Translations under genes and position numbers: made by a program
Shown here: piece by piece, positions 14,075-27,533 of the stretch
Layout: every line of letters begins with the position of its first letter
How positions within the stretch are numbered: the first letter of the stretch is position 1
The notes under the pieces: model-generated
Databases searched by the model: none
Told to the model about the DNA's origin: nothing
Seen by the model: the letters and a program-made list of their open reading frames with translations, nothing else
Source: Trichoplax adhaerens
Lineage: Eukaryota > Animalia > Placozoa
Direction: 5' to 3'
Length of the DNA stretch: 64,000 nucleotides
Assembly: GCF_000150275.1 (NCBI RefSeq)
Contig: NW_002060945.1
Coordinates: 7,693,684-7,757,683, forward strand

Positions 14075-14447
14075 ATAGTATTGTTTAATACGATGAAGCA
14101 TTTTGAAGCAGCCATAATAAATTTTTCCTGATCGCTAAAATAGTGATATTATAATTTGATACTTATAAATGTATGTAGCGCTATTTAATACCATGATGAA
14201 CTTGAGATGTTGGTAATAAACACCGATATTTTAATTCGATATCATAAAGAGATGTAGTGGTATATAATACCATATAGCATTTTTGAAGTAGCTATAATAA
14301 TTTTCTCTTATCACTAAATAATGATATTTTAATCCGATACACATAAACATATGTGGCGCTATTTAATACCATGAAGTATTTTAAGGAGCTGTAATAAATT
14401 TTTCTCTGATTGCTCAATAGCCATATTTTAATTCGACACCTATTAAG
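14075..14447. repeat. Degenerate tandem repeat, about 100-bp unit, about 4 copies
   Basis: Recurring motifs taatac(c/g)atgaagca..ttttgaag..ataataaattttt..gatattttaattcgat; boundaries approximate. Confidence 0.7.
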
Positions 14448-15425
14448 TTACAGATCTACTAGATAAAACGAAGAGCGATCAAGACTAATCAAGACCGCCA
14501 TTAGAATCATTTTACGGGCTGAAATTACTAATAACCCAATTCAAAAATGGGTTTCTTGTTCGAAAAAGTATCTAAGCAATCTATTTATTACTAAAATAAG
14601 AGAAAAAGAATAAAAATTGTAACGTGAAAGGAGTATCTTAGGCTATATAAGAGACGAAGAATGATTAAGAACGAAAATAGAGTTGTTTTTAGATACTCAA
14701 ATTACCGGTGGCCTAATTTGAAAACACAAATGGTTACCCTTCAATCAATAATTCTATGAGTATTTTAATGACCATAGGTAAGGGAATATTGATTTACAGT
14801 AAGCAAAAAGATGGAGAAGTGCCTTATTAGAGCACATTTAGAGATAAAGAATCGTCAAGTCTGGAAAGAGATTCGCTTTTTGATAGTAAATTTACTGGCA
14901 ACCTAAATCAAAAAATTATAGCTACTGATATCGTTCAGTTAGTGGTTTGATCAAATAATATCCAAATCATCATTAAACTGGTGTGTTGGTCAGTAAAACA
15001 CACAAAAACACTTCAAGTTGAAATTGAATTTATTTTAAATCTAGAAAAGCTGATAAAAGCACGAATTTCATAAGAATACAATGATTGAAACCCAGTGTTA
15101 AAAAGGAGGATTCTGTTTGTGTGGTAGACTGCAGCCAGTGTTTTCAGCGAAATCAGCTTTTTTCAAAACGGTCATATTTAAAATGGCCTGATTGTTATAT
15201 TGTTATATTTATATTTTATCATATCACTGCCCTTACATTAATATAAAGCTGATAAATTTGATTATCTAGTATATTTTTATAAATTTCTAAAATAATTGTT
15301 GCTATATTTCAATGCAAGTAATTTCAGAATGTATCTGAACGGGACCGTATGCGATCGCGTTCATATCAATAGCAATAACAGTTTAACGGTCGTGATTTAG
15401 CCTAGTCAAATGGCTTAAGATTGCC

Positions 15426-15532
15426 NNNNNNNNNNNNNNNNNNNNNNNNNNNNNNNNNNNNNNNNNNNNNNNNNNNNNNNNNNNNNNNNNNNNNNNNNNN
15501 NNNNNNNNNNNNNNNNNNNNNNNNNNNNNNNN
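15426..15532. other. Assembly gap (N run)
   Basis: Run of n characters. Confidence 1.
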
Positions 15533-16894
15533 CGCATTCAGAAGTTGTAACTGCCAACCGATAGCACTAATAATATATGAAAACTCAATTTCTTGGTTGT
15601 ACTCCACGGACAACTGATTAATTGCTATACTTTTCTTTACATTACGACTCTTGAACCCTTCTTAAGCAATTAATACTTTTATTTTACAATCACATGCGTT
15701 TAAATAGATTTCACAATGAATTCCAGTGCAGCCTGGAGTGAATAAATATTTTACAAATTGCATTAATAGATATATACAGTTACTAAATAAATGTGAATAT
15801 GTAGATATTCTGGAACTTAAGCTGAAGAAACATGATTTTGATAAAATTGCTATTAAAAATTATTATAAACTAGTATTTTTCCGTAAACTGAGTTTGAATT
15901 GAAATTCAATGCTGTAGGTATAAATAATTTTACGTCCATTATTACTTCTACTTAATAAATTAATTGCACATGAAGGCCAGTATGACGAAACGTGTATTTT
16001 TATATAGCCACTACATTGTTCGTTTATTACAGTATAATGATAGTAGGAATTGTATACCCGGATAACGTTAAATACCGACAATAATTAAACAGTTTTTTTG
16101 ATTAATGACAATGTTGCTTTGTCAATAACCTTAAAGAAAATTAAACTAACTGCGATAGAAGTTACGGAATAAAATTAAAAATCATGATATGGCCTAGTTA
16201 AATGACTTAAAATCACCGCTAAAGCTAAAATGCGTAATTATTTACCGTATAGTATCCACCGGAACGTTTTGATCTGGGTTTTAATTTTAAGATTGATAGT
16301 TTATCTTAGTGTTTATTGAAGTCATATGCCTTATACCTTCAAAAGGTATAGTTTATAACTAAACAGCGATTATTATTAATTTGATGATATCGGGAATTTA
16401 GAATAGTATTTATCTTATCCTATGCGATTCATTGCTAGTTTAATTTAGAGTGATAATTTGATAATTTGATACCACTAACTGCTCTACATAGCATATGAAA
16501 GGTAGTATTGATAATTATTCGAGTAGTTCAAGTTAGCGAAGTAAAAGTAAAGATATACCTAAAAATCGTCAGTAATCTTATTTCTTAAAATCTGTTGGTT
16601 GATTAAGGCAGCAGTTCTGCCTTTTATAATTCTTTGAAGTGATTTTAACAAAATTGTTGTTAAGAATGATAATGAAGAGATGCTTTTCTCTAAACTGCAT
16701 TTGGGTTAGAATTCAAAAGCGTCAGTTTAAATAATTTTACGTCCATCAATACTTCTATTTAATAAGGTAATTGTACATCAGGCTAGCATTACGAAACGTG
16801 TGCATTATTCATTCCTTGCAGTACAATGATAGCCAGAATTGTATAACCGAATTATGTTTAATACTGACAATATGTAAGTGATCCTTTTGAATGG

Positions 16895-17883
16895 TGTAAT
16901 AAGCACTACTTTCAGCTCTTACGGTATCCAGTCACACAACAAAGTAAGTTCTCAACATAGCGGTTAAAAATAATTTATTACTTAAAATCTTATGGTTGAA
17001 TATTACAGTAGTAGAACTGAGGATAGAGCAACTACACATACAAATAGCTCAAGGCTATCGACCTATTTTCCCTTCAAAAGAGTTGGCTTTTTATACATGC
17101 CTAGGAAGTATTATTGACAAACATGTTTATCAAATCCCCGTTTCAATCAATTTAAGTAAAATGCTACTTAACTTTGCCTATACTATTCCTTACTCTACTT
17201 AACGTTCAATATGGCTCCTGCAAGTGCAGGACCCCTAGCTAGGTATGATTGGCATCCCTCACTCTAGCCAATCATACGCAATTTACTGAGACAGGCTGGT
17301 GCCGCTTACCAAAGCGCCATGCAGTCTCATTTAACCGTACGACTAACATCTGAAACATTATCCACTAATTGTCTGTGATACCCATAACACCTAATAGGGT
17401 ATATTTAACACCGCTAATGTAATATCTTATTTACCCGAGGCCTCAACATAATCTAGTTTTCCTACATTCGCCCCCTCTAGAATTTTAATCTAACGAAATG
17501 ATATTACAATTCTGATCTTATCTCTTGGTCTGCACGCAGGCTCCACGTTTAAAATTAATGAATCTTCACTCCATAGACAAACAGGATAGTCCATCCACAT
17601 TCGTGTGGTCGCGGCCGGCTATGTGCTGTATTTTCATTCTAAAATTGGCTTAGGTGCATTGCCCAACGCATCAATCGTTGATTGAAATTTCGTATTTTCA
17701 TAAGCCACAATAGCGGCTAGTGATCCGTTTGTGACAAAAATTCTCTTCAATCTAAGTAAATGTAAAAGTGTCTTACGGCGTTTACTATCGCTAGGCATTC
17801 TTACTCTATTATAGGATGTACCTAACACGGCTAATCTACTATCTAATTTACCCAGAGACTCAACATAATCTAGTTTCCCTACA
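16895..17883 (-). mobile_element. Internally deleted LTR retrotransposon remnant (partial 5' LTR, internal tail, PPT, full 3' LTR)
   Basis: TG...CA termini with 5-bp TSD AATGG (16890-16894 and 17884-17888). LTR start duplicated at 17811-17883 and 17394-17466. Polypurine tract (minus strand tagagggggcgaa) abuts the 3' LTR 16895-17466. Empty site in the paralogous unit near 24390. Confidence 0.8.
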
Positions 17884-18662
17884 AATGGTGACGAGATTCC
17901 AGTGTCAACGGGCTTAAAGAAAATTAAATATATTTGGATAAAAATGGCGCAATAAAAATTTACGATATACTGGTACAGTCTATATGGGTACTATATCTTA
18001 TTCTTAAGCCGTCGTTTGTAAATGTGATTTTGAATAAGGTCCGTTAGAGCTTGAGTGCCTAACCGGAATAACTTTATTAATGGCATGAGTACAATTTACT
18101 TCGCAAAACAGCAAGATTAACGTTTTATAACGTAATTCAAAAAAATTTTGGCTGTCAATCTATACTAACAATAATACGACTACGAAGTCAATAATGTGCT
18201 ACATTACACAATACTAAAGGAACGCAATTCTTTGATATCTTTCTTGAGGTATAGGAACAAGAAAATTTAAAAAAAATTAAATTAGAGTCGTAATTTCATT
18301 AGATAAGTAAATTGTTAGCTACAACATAATACAAATTAGCTAACCACATACATCGAAGAATTGACCAAGGTATTAAATTAACTGTGATATATCATACTAT
18401 AAATATACATAATTACCTTAACTTTGCGATACTACTGCTACACTAAAAAGACGAAAATTTACCAATTAATTATTATAATACCATTTTACTATGGTTCAGT
18501 AATAAGAAAAAACGAATAATTTTTTACCTTTTTAAGTTTAATAGTCAGTTATTAAAATTTGAAGTAGTAGGCGAGCTTCAGATGAACTAGATAAATTTCA
18601 CAAAATATAAGCAACTTAAATCACCAGTGTACTCTGATTAGTACAGATTCTTGCAATATCTC

Positions 18663-20168
18663 TGTAATGTTTCGGAAGGTTGAGAGTTCGGCATTAGTCG
18701 CAATAAAGTGCAATAGAATAGTTAACGGAAGAGTTATCTTTATTGAGCCAGTGTTAGAGAATAATCGTGTAAGATTATCGTGCGAGTAACGACGTAACTA
18801 GTCGAATAACTATAGTCGTGTAGAATAGGTAAAGCGTGCAAGCTTACCGTGTAACTACCAGAACTAACTAATGAGATAGGCGAAAGAAGATAGCTTATAT
18901 AATGTTAAGAGCACAGTAGGAGGAAATTACTTATAGACGCGGATGATTCATAATAATATATTACTTCTACGTAAGGGTACTTCTACGGTATAATCTAGCT
19001 AGAGTCCAAGAAACTTCCTCAGTGTAAATTATTAAATACTAGTGCAAACTCCCGTCGCTTTACTGACGGTTTACGATAATGTGCTCATTTAACAGAGGTT
19101 CAGTAACTATCAGATCGCTGACTAACGAACATTATCCTCTTAGAAATACTTTTTGTAATATGATATATAGCAATCAAAAATAACCGGGACAGGGGAACTA
19201 TAGTAGGGTAACACTACGAATTGCAAGAGAGCAATTGAACTAAGAGTACCTACTGATGTGTATCAATCACTTTTCAAATTTCGTTAAGTAACTTTCGTAT
19301 TAGTATGTTTACCGAATAAGGATGGTTACTATATACAGTATAGAAATCAAAAGTAATTGGGACAGGGGAACTACAGTAGGATAACACTACGAATTGCAAG
19401 AGAGCAATAGAACTAATAGTACCTACTGATGTGTATCAATCACTTCTACCTTCTCAATAATATTACATAATCCTAGAGATCATCANNNNNNNNNNNNNNN
19501 NNNNNNNNNNNNNNNNNNNNNNNNNNNNNNNNNNNACTATGCTATATTAAGATTAGTTAATGGTCCAGAGCACATTATGATAACTAATGTACGGTGATGG
19601 ACATACCAAGTTAAGATTAGCAGGTACTGTAAGATATCTACAGTGCGGTAGAATGTCCTTCGTACTATGGTCAATTCTATACCAATCATTATAATGTGTC
19701 TAAGGATCGCTGTCGTATGCAAGCAAAGCTTGCTCTGTCGATAACAACCGTTATAAGAAAATGTAACAATCAAAATGGCTGTATAGAAAACTCTATAAAG
19801 ATTCTATGTTTATTCAATTTTCATCAGAATATTACATGAAATCAAAATTTAAAGGCCCAGTGGCCACCCTTAGCGATATAACGAATACTATTTTAATAAT
19901 CAGTACTCTGCAGAAATTACTACCTTAGAGCTATTCGTTTTACATGAAGAAATCTTTAGGTTAAAAGTACTGTAAGAATCTTATACTGACCTATTGAAAT
20001 GAACCCATAATCAGAGTCATTTAACAGTAGTATAAATACCCCCGCGCTGCTCATTTCAAGGGAGGGTGGCTGGGGTAAGTTAAGTATATTTAGAGTTATG
20101 TTACAGTCTAGTAGAAATTAACGTTTCACTAAAAATGGATTATACCGTATTTAGAAGTAAACACTACA
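18663..20168. mobile_element. LTR-like insertion 3' of GPCR copy 1 (spans a gap, probably compound)
   Basis: TGTAATG...CACTACA with TSD ATCTC (18658-18662 and 20169-20173). Empty site caatatctctcttctt near 41475. Confidence 0.75.
19486..19535. other. Assembly gap (N run)
   Basis: Run of n characters. Confidence 1.
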
Positions 20169-20309
20169 ATCTCTCTTCTTAACTAAGTAACTAACCAAGT
20201 TACCAAACATAGTGGAGATAGATAATGAGAAAAACCAAGCAAAATTGTGATTATGTCCAAGTTTAAGTAAGACTGAAATCGTAGAAGAGTAAACCAAGGA
20301 AAAACAAAT

Positions 20310-21308
20310 TCAATCAGATTGATTTGTATGTCTGTTTCGAACACAAAGATATTTATAAATCATGTTTTTCTTGGTGAGATAAATAACTGGATTATGTAAA
20401 GGGGCAAGAAATATAAGCAAGTTTGGTAAAGTACCTTGAATCATCATCTGTTCGTGATCATAATTTGTTATGTTTGCTCCATTAGCATTCAAGTAAATAG
20501 TGTTTACTAATGTAATGGATACGGGTACACCCATTATAAAAAATAAGATTGAAACACAGATTAACATCCTAATAGCTTTATCTTTATGTCGTGAATTAGT
20601 ATGACCAAAACGTTCTTTCGTTATTGCACTAACTTGACGTAATTTTTTTATCACTCTGAAGTGGTAATAGGCAATAACAGTTCCTGGCAGTAAAAAAATT
20701 ATTAAAAAGAAATAACAAGTACCCAGTAATTGTATTTGATGTCGACCATTTACTTCCCAAGAATGTATACAAATAAATTTAAAACGTGAATCTGCTATCA
20801 CATCTGTTAGAGTAACTGCTGGAAAACAAACTGATAATACCAATATGCTAGCCAATTGAATATATGCTGTCCTACTTTTCAAAGCAGGTCTAGTTGGATA
20901 AAGAATTAGTCTGTATCTATCCTTCGCGATCAACACTAACGTTAAAACATGTAATGAAGAGCATACATGCAGCAAGAATATTGATACTCTACATACGGGT
21001 GTCATAATTTGCTCAGGCCAGCCTAATGAATAAGTCTTAAATACTATGATACAGTACGCAGAAAATACTAAGCAAATAAATAAATCGCAAACTGTTAGGT
21101 GTAGAAAGAAGATATCTGAAGAAAATTTTATCTTATCGATTTTGACCATCATAAAAAGAATTATAAGATTTAAGATAAATCCTATCATGAAAATAAGTAA
21201 TATTATCACCCCAATATACCAATAACGATTAAACACAGAGGCAATCCATGATGTTGTTGCATTCAATATTAGCGAATGGTTATTACTAACACCATTAAAT
21301 ACTTCCAT
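20310..21308 (-). CDS. Orphan rhodopsin-family (class A) GPCR, copy 1, intronless
   Basis: 332 aa, 7 hydrophobic segments, TM1 GFILN, TM2 LxxCD, TM3 Cys and DRY, ECL2 Cys, TM5 LP, TM7 HNPVIY. Confidence 0.93.
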   Translation of the reverse strand: MEVFNGVSNNHSLILNATTSWIASVFNRYWYIGVIILLIFMIGFILNLIILFMMVKIDKIKFSSDIFFLHLTVCDLFICLVFSAYCIIVFKTYSLGWPEQIMTPVCRVSIFLLHVCSSLHVLTLVLIAKDRYRLILYPTRPALKSRTAYIQLASILVLSVCFPAVTLTDVIADSRFKFICIHSWEVNGRHQIQLLGTCYFFLIIFLLPGTVIAYYHFRVIKKLRQVSAITKERFGHTNSRHKDKAIRMLICVSILFFIMGVPVSITLVNTIYLNANGANITNYDHEQMMIQGTLPNLLIFLAPLHNPVIYLTKKNMIYKYLCVRNRHTNQSD

Positions 21309-23515
21309 AATCGGCTGCCGTAGTTATATAACTTATCGTCAAGACAAAAATGTTAGATAATATTTTTATTAGATGCCCTTAAAATGAAGTACTGAATACA
21401 ATTTTTGGATCTTTGTCGTCGCAACACTGACGATATATTTCATGTAAAATGCAATTTTCCAACTTGAAGATTTTAAATACATTCACAGTAATCATTGCTC
21501 GAATAGGACGTTATGAGATCTTGCAATCTATTGAAGTATAAAACAATTATGCAAAGATAATCGTTTCAGTCTTCTATCTTCTATTCATTAGCTATGAGTA
21601 TTCCTATCAATCAAGTTATTGGCACTTTTAAACTATGGAGGCCTGACAATTACTGACGTTAGTTCTATCATGTAATAATAAAATTCTTTAATATCATGTC
21701 CACCTCCATTCATAAAGTATTATCTTCCATCATAAGAGAAAACTTTATTATTGCTTCGTTAAACATTGACAAGATCAGATTAAAATTGTAATTATAATTA
21801 TATTATTGGTCATTTACGACATAGAGAAACTCACTAAGGGAAAAAGTATCAATCTATACAAAAATATTTCTCATAAGTATTCTTTATATAGTTTTGTGTA
21901 TCATTATCCCAGTCCCAAATAAAATGGTTTCTGTTGCACAAAATTCTACTAAATAAAGTAATTAATTAATATCACATACAGTTACACACCTATATTCAAT
22001 TTCTCATGAAAATAAAATTAGACTGAGTTATTATTTTATAAGGCCTGAATATTTATGAAAAGCAGTAGATCCCACATTTATTCGTTCAATACGTAGATAA
22101 CTTAGGTTAAAGAGTAACTTGCATAGCTGTCGTAATATAGTTTCTATAAGAAAACTTATCTATGAATGTGCTTACAGTAATTTATCTATGGCGTTTTACA
22201 AATTTTAAATAGATAAATACATACTTGTATAATATTGTCCACCAACTGATAATTAATGCTTTTGTCGATTTACTATAAATTGACTGACTTTTCAATAAAG
22301 CTTAGGTTAAGTTTGTCTAAGAAAGACTAGCGATGTTTACTGTTCCTCCTGACGATAATAGATCATCAGTATTTAGATTCATAACGTAGATAAATATCAG
22401 GGAAGACAAACATGAAAGTAGACTAATTGTGTAAGTTTCTAGAGCAGTTTAAGTTTCTTACGTTCGAAATATCGATTTGTCACACTTGCAGTAACTAATA
22501 ATTCGTTTATTATTTTATTCTGCAGTACTAAAGAAAAATCAAGAATGTTAAAGCAGTCAAATACAATAAAAATTGATGATTTTCTTTCAATATCATCCAT
22601 AATTTTACCGCCATGAATCAAATCACTACATCATCAAATTACAATTATTCCAAAGCCTGAATTGATGTTAGCATAGATTAATAGATGCTATGGCATCTAC
22701 TGCAAAAGTCCATGATTGTAATTTATTTGTACTTGTAATTAATTTGTGTTATAAGATTTAAAATTTTTATCTACGTTAAATCACATAACACTACACTATT
22801 ATAATGAAAATTAGTTCTAGAATTCTCTTTCAATGTTTTACATTATAATAAATATTTCAGCTTTAAAGTTAACAATAGCTAATTTGTATTGATTAGAATC
22901 GATTTTACTTAGTATGTTAGCAGATTGTTAACCTGGGCTCTTTATTCGTGTTAGAATTTAATAATATCAAGTACCATAATTTGGTTAAGAATTATACTTT
23001 GTAAGACTGTAATTTAAGCGATATACGTACTTATTTAGTTAGTATAACATTTACCGGTATGCTTCAGTTATGATAAATTGGTAACTAATTTTGATGATAA
23101 ATTACTATAGATGTTATCTTACTTTGTTATCGAATACAATGCGGACCGGAGCATTTTGATCTGGATTCTAATTTTAGATTGTTGGTCTGTCTAAGTATTT
23201 TTTTTATAGTTACATGCTGTTGTTACGCACCGCTAGTGACAAAGTAGTCTACACACACCAATTCTTATAAAGAACACCTCTTACTGACTTAAAGAGTTAA
23301 AAAGGCGAGATTAGCTATATCACCTAATAATTCAGTTCCAACGACCGAATGCTATAGTATAATTATAGCGTCACTGATAGTGTAGACGATGTGCTTGATT
23401 ACTCAATTAATCTAGAGTGATAATTTGATAATCTGATGTCACCAACAACTTCATAGCATATAAACGATGGTACAGTTGAGTAGTTGAGTGGTTCAAGGTA
23501 GTGAAGTAAAGAAGA

Positions 23516-24052
23516 TGCCACAACTACTCTTGCGACACAAGAAAACAACACAGTACTTATAATAAACTTTACTTTAATCCGCAGAACTACTTTCCTAGCC
23601 TACGGCATTGTAGCTGGAATCCTTATGAAGTTCTAGCTCGCTCAACACAATATACGATATAAAGCTATCATACAACTTAGCATTAACCTGGATCACTTTT
23701 TGTTGATCATAGTCCTCTTTTTAATACTCTTTCAGTAGTTATAACCATATTTACTAGCTATTAACGTATTTTAATAACAAACGTGTTATTACGATTGAAT
23801 TGTCAATCAAGGACATTCAAGGTAATAAACAATTTCATACGTAAATCTACTTCGACTATAAGCCCTGTCAAGCTCCTATGTTCTCGATACATACTTGTAG
23901 CATATTACTATATCATCATAATATCATAATAACTTAGGTTATTATTAACAATAACAATTCCTACAGTAGTAGCTCATACTTCTAAAAAGATCAAAACAAA
24001 ATGTTATCTTAAACTACACTTCCGTATCTAAGTTATTTTGATGACTGTGACA
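23516..24052. mobile_element. Solo LTR-like element, 537 bp
   Basis: TGCCACA...TGTGACA ends, TSD GAAGA both sides; interrupts sequence that is contiguous in paralogous units (near 39840, 40650). Confidence 0.75.
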
Positions 24053-25217
24053 GAAGACAATAATCTAGACATTCCTAAAAATCATGAGAAATCTCATTTT
24101 TGGATAATTTAATTGGTCAAGGCAATAATTCTACCCTATTGTAATTTTTTTAAGTGGTTTTAATAAAAATGTTATTAAAAATTATAATAAACTGAGTTTG
24201 AATTGGAATTCAAGACTGTCAGATTATATAATTTTAAATTCATTATTATTACTTCTATTTAATAAAGTAATTGTACATGAAGGCTAGTATGACGAAATGT
24301 CTACGTGTGTATGATTTATTCCTTACAGTATAATGATAGCCGAAATTGTACAGCCGGATAAAGTTATATACCGACAAAAAGTAAACAATCTTTTTGAATA
24401 ATGATAAGATAACTATCAACAAGCTTACAGAAATAAAATTTGAACAGAAGTAGCGGAATAAAATTCACAAGATACTTGTACAGTATGCTCGGGTACTACC
24501 ATATCTTATTTTTAAATCATTATTCGTAAAAATGATTTTGAAGAAGGTTCGCTAGTTAGGGATAAACACTTATACTAGCTTTACTATTAGTAATAGTAAA
24601 ATTTACGATTGCAAAAGCATTGACATAAACGTTTCATAACGCAATTTTGAAAATTTTAACTGCTAACCTTTAACAACAATAATTAATTAATAAGACTACA
24701 CAGCCAGAAATTGCTACATTACATGGTATTAAAAAGCATAGCTCTTGTATGTCTTCTAAAGGTACTTTTGTATAAGGCGATTCAGAAATAATTTATATTT
24801 GAGTTATAATTTTATTGTATGAATAAATTGTTAGCAAGAATATAACACTAATTATTTATGATTAGCTAACGGTATACATCAGAGAATTGACTAACATATG
24901 CAATTGACGGTGATAGATTATACTCTAAATTTGCATAGTCACCTTAACTTTACGATGTTACTGTTCCTCTGAAAAGACGAAAATTCATTAATTAATTAAT
25001 TAATTAATCACATATATATTACAAGATCATATTACCAGGATACAGCAGTAAGAAACAACGAATAATTTGTACTTAAGTTTAATAGTTGGTTATCAAGGTT
25101 GCAAGTAGTAAGGAAGCATCAGATTACCTCGGTAAATTTCACAGATATAATCCACTTGATTTACTAGTCTGCTCTACTTATCACAGGCTTTTTACAGTAT
25201 CTCTCTTCTTGACTAAG

Positions 25218-26422
25218 TGTAATGTAACTTAGTATTGTGGTTGTAGACTGTTAGCCATGTTTAGTATAATGTGCGGTAGCGTAACTTCTATATTTATCTT
25301 AAGAGAAATTTGATAGCCATAACTATAGACTGTAGTGGTAGTGGTATAGACTTATGCTAGAGTACAGATGACTATATACAGTAAGGTGTTGAGTTACTAA
25401 TAAGGTTATAGGTAAAAATAGAACTGTAAATCATATATTAGGATATGGTTAATTCATTGTACTTTGGCTGGTGTGAATAATGTCTACGTAAATACTGTAG
25501 TCGCATCCATATCGGATTTAATGATGGTCCGCAGTAGAATAGTGTTACTAAGAATAATTTTACTATGTGTAAAATAAGGTAAAAGGTTGCCATGCGGATT
25601 GTAGTTGCGAATGCTACGAAAAGTATAAAAGCATGCATGTCACAAAACAGCTTTGCAACAAGATAACGTAATGTACGATCAATAAGTCAATTCCTTGAAC
25701 CGCGTATCAAGGAACGATATTTGCACTATCAGAAACACTTTTGCTCTACTAGCAGACTACACAAAGACTTAAACGCCTCGTATTTTAAGTTAAACACTAA
25801 GTTTGAGAATTCACTTTATTACACGATATACTGCATTTATATACTCTTCCTCAATAGTTCATGAGTCCTAGTTAGTACGATTAACATTGGAATCATTTAC
25901 TGAATTAGATATTAATTTTAGCTACTGCTCCTTAATGCCGACAACAGTATTTACGAACATAGACATCTGATGACTAATACAGAATAGTCAGATTACGATA
26001 TGTCCTATCACGGAACATTTCCACGATAATTTACAATCCACCATAAGTAAGTTACAATCACAATGATTCGAACTGTAAGTCGATGATTTGCATTACCTAT
26101 TAAAACTATTAATTTCAGTAAGTGTATATGTGTCACTGTCATAAAAAGTCAGTGCTATATTAAAACACAGTATATTCAAATTAGAAGTTAACTAAATAAG
26201 GATAGGCTAACGGAATTACCCTAACATTGATATTTCTACTCTAATACAGTATATAACACTGTCACAATGCAACTTTAAATTATTCTGTTAGTTCATTCTA
26301 GAAGTCTTTAGTAGTAGTACGGCTAGGCTAGAGTAAAGCTGTGTGTAGTTAATCTTTGTATAAGATTCAATAAAGCCCTTATTTTTCTAAAATTTGGAAT
26401 TTCGTGATCGGTATATATCACA
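25218..26422. mobile_element. Solo LTR-like host element carrying a nested second element
   Basis: TGTAATG...ATCACA with TSD CTAAG (25213-25217 and 26423-26427); empty site near 46800. Confidence 0.75.
25638..26266. mobile_element. Nested solo LTR-like element, 629 bp
   Basis: TG...CA ends, TSD ATGCA (25633-25637 and 26267-26271). Shares gacttaaacgcc..gttaaacac with the 50233-50783 element. Confidence 0.7.
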
Positions 26423-26522
26423 CTAAGTCAATAGCTAGATTACACAGTAGAGATAGATTGTAGGACAGTCCAAGCTGTTTTAAGACTGAAATTGTAAAAG
26501 AGGAAAACCAAGGAGAAAAACT

Positions 26523-27533
26523 TCACTTAAATTGACTTATACGCGTATGTCTGATTCGAATACAGGAACATCTATGAATTACATTTTTCTTCATTAGATA
26601 TATGATTGGATTATGTAAAGGGGCAAAATATACAAGCAAGCCTACAAGGATATTCGTAATGTGCAGAGTTTCGTAATCTTTTTTTGTTAGGATTGCTGCA
26701 TTAAGTTCTCCGTAAACATTGCTCACGAATACAGTTACCAGTGGCAAACCTACTGTAAGAAATAAAATTAAAATACAAATTAACATCTTAATAGCTCGTT
26801 CTTTATATCCCCCTCCTGAATTACCAGGAACAAAATGTTGATTTATTCGTAAGCGAACTTGACGTAGCTTTTTTATTGCTCTCAAGTGGCAATAGGTAAT
26901 AACACCACCTGGCAGTAAAAAACCCACAAAAAAGACATAGGAAGCAACCACTAGTCCTATCTGATATCGACCATTTATTTCCCAAGAATAGATACAAATA
27001 ACTTTAAAAGCTGGATCTGCTATTATATCTGATACAACAACCACTGGAAAGCAGAATGATAATAACCATATGCTGACCAAAAGGATAAATACTGTCCTAC
27101 TTTTGAAAGTAGACCTGGTTGGATAAACAATCAATATGTATCTATCCATCGAGATTAGAGCTAACGTTAAAATATGTAATGAATTGCATGTAAAGAGCAA
27201 AAAGCTTATTACTTTACATGCCGGAGTCATAACTGTAGCAGACCAATTTATCGAATATGTCACATAGACAATGATGCAGTATACACAATTTATTATGCTA
27301 ATGAATGAATCGCAAATTGCTAGGACGAGGAAGAGGACATCTGAAGATGATTTTATCTTATCGATTTTAACCATCATAACAATAATTATAAGATTCAAGA
27401 TAAATCCTAACGCGAATAGAAATAAAATAATAACCCCAGTATACCAATAACGATTAAATAAACTGGTAATATGTGATAAAGTCGCATTCGATATTAGCGA
27501 ATGATTATTAGTGAGGCTATGTAAAACTTCCAT
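26523..27533 (-). CDS. Orphan class A GPCR, copy 2, intronless
   Basis: 336 aa; DRY, TM4 W, HNPIIY; paralogue of copy 1. Confidence 0.93.
   Translation of the reverse strand: MEVLHSLTNNHSLISNATLSHITSLFNRYWYTGVIILFLFALGFILNLIIIVMMVKIDKIKSSSDVLFLVLAICDSFISIINCVYCIIVYVTYSINWSATVMTPACKVISFLLFTCNSLHILTLALISMDRYILIVYPTRSTFKSRTVFILLVSIWLLSFCFPVVVVSDIIADPAFKVICIYSWEINGRYQIGLVVASYVFFVGFLLPGGVITYCHLRAIKKLRQVRLRINQHFVPGNSGGGYKERAIKMLICILILFLTVGLPLVTVFVSNVYGELNAAILTKKDYETLHITNILVGLLVYFAPLHNPIIYLMKKNVIHRCSCIRIRHTRISQFK

Noticed and set aside
15383-15613. 76-aa ORF
   Set aside because: Artefact of reading through an N gap.
23221-23390. LTR fragment starting TGTTACG
   Set aside because: No second terminus or TSD identifiable.
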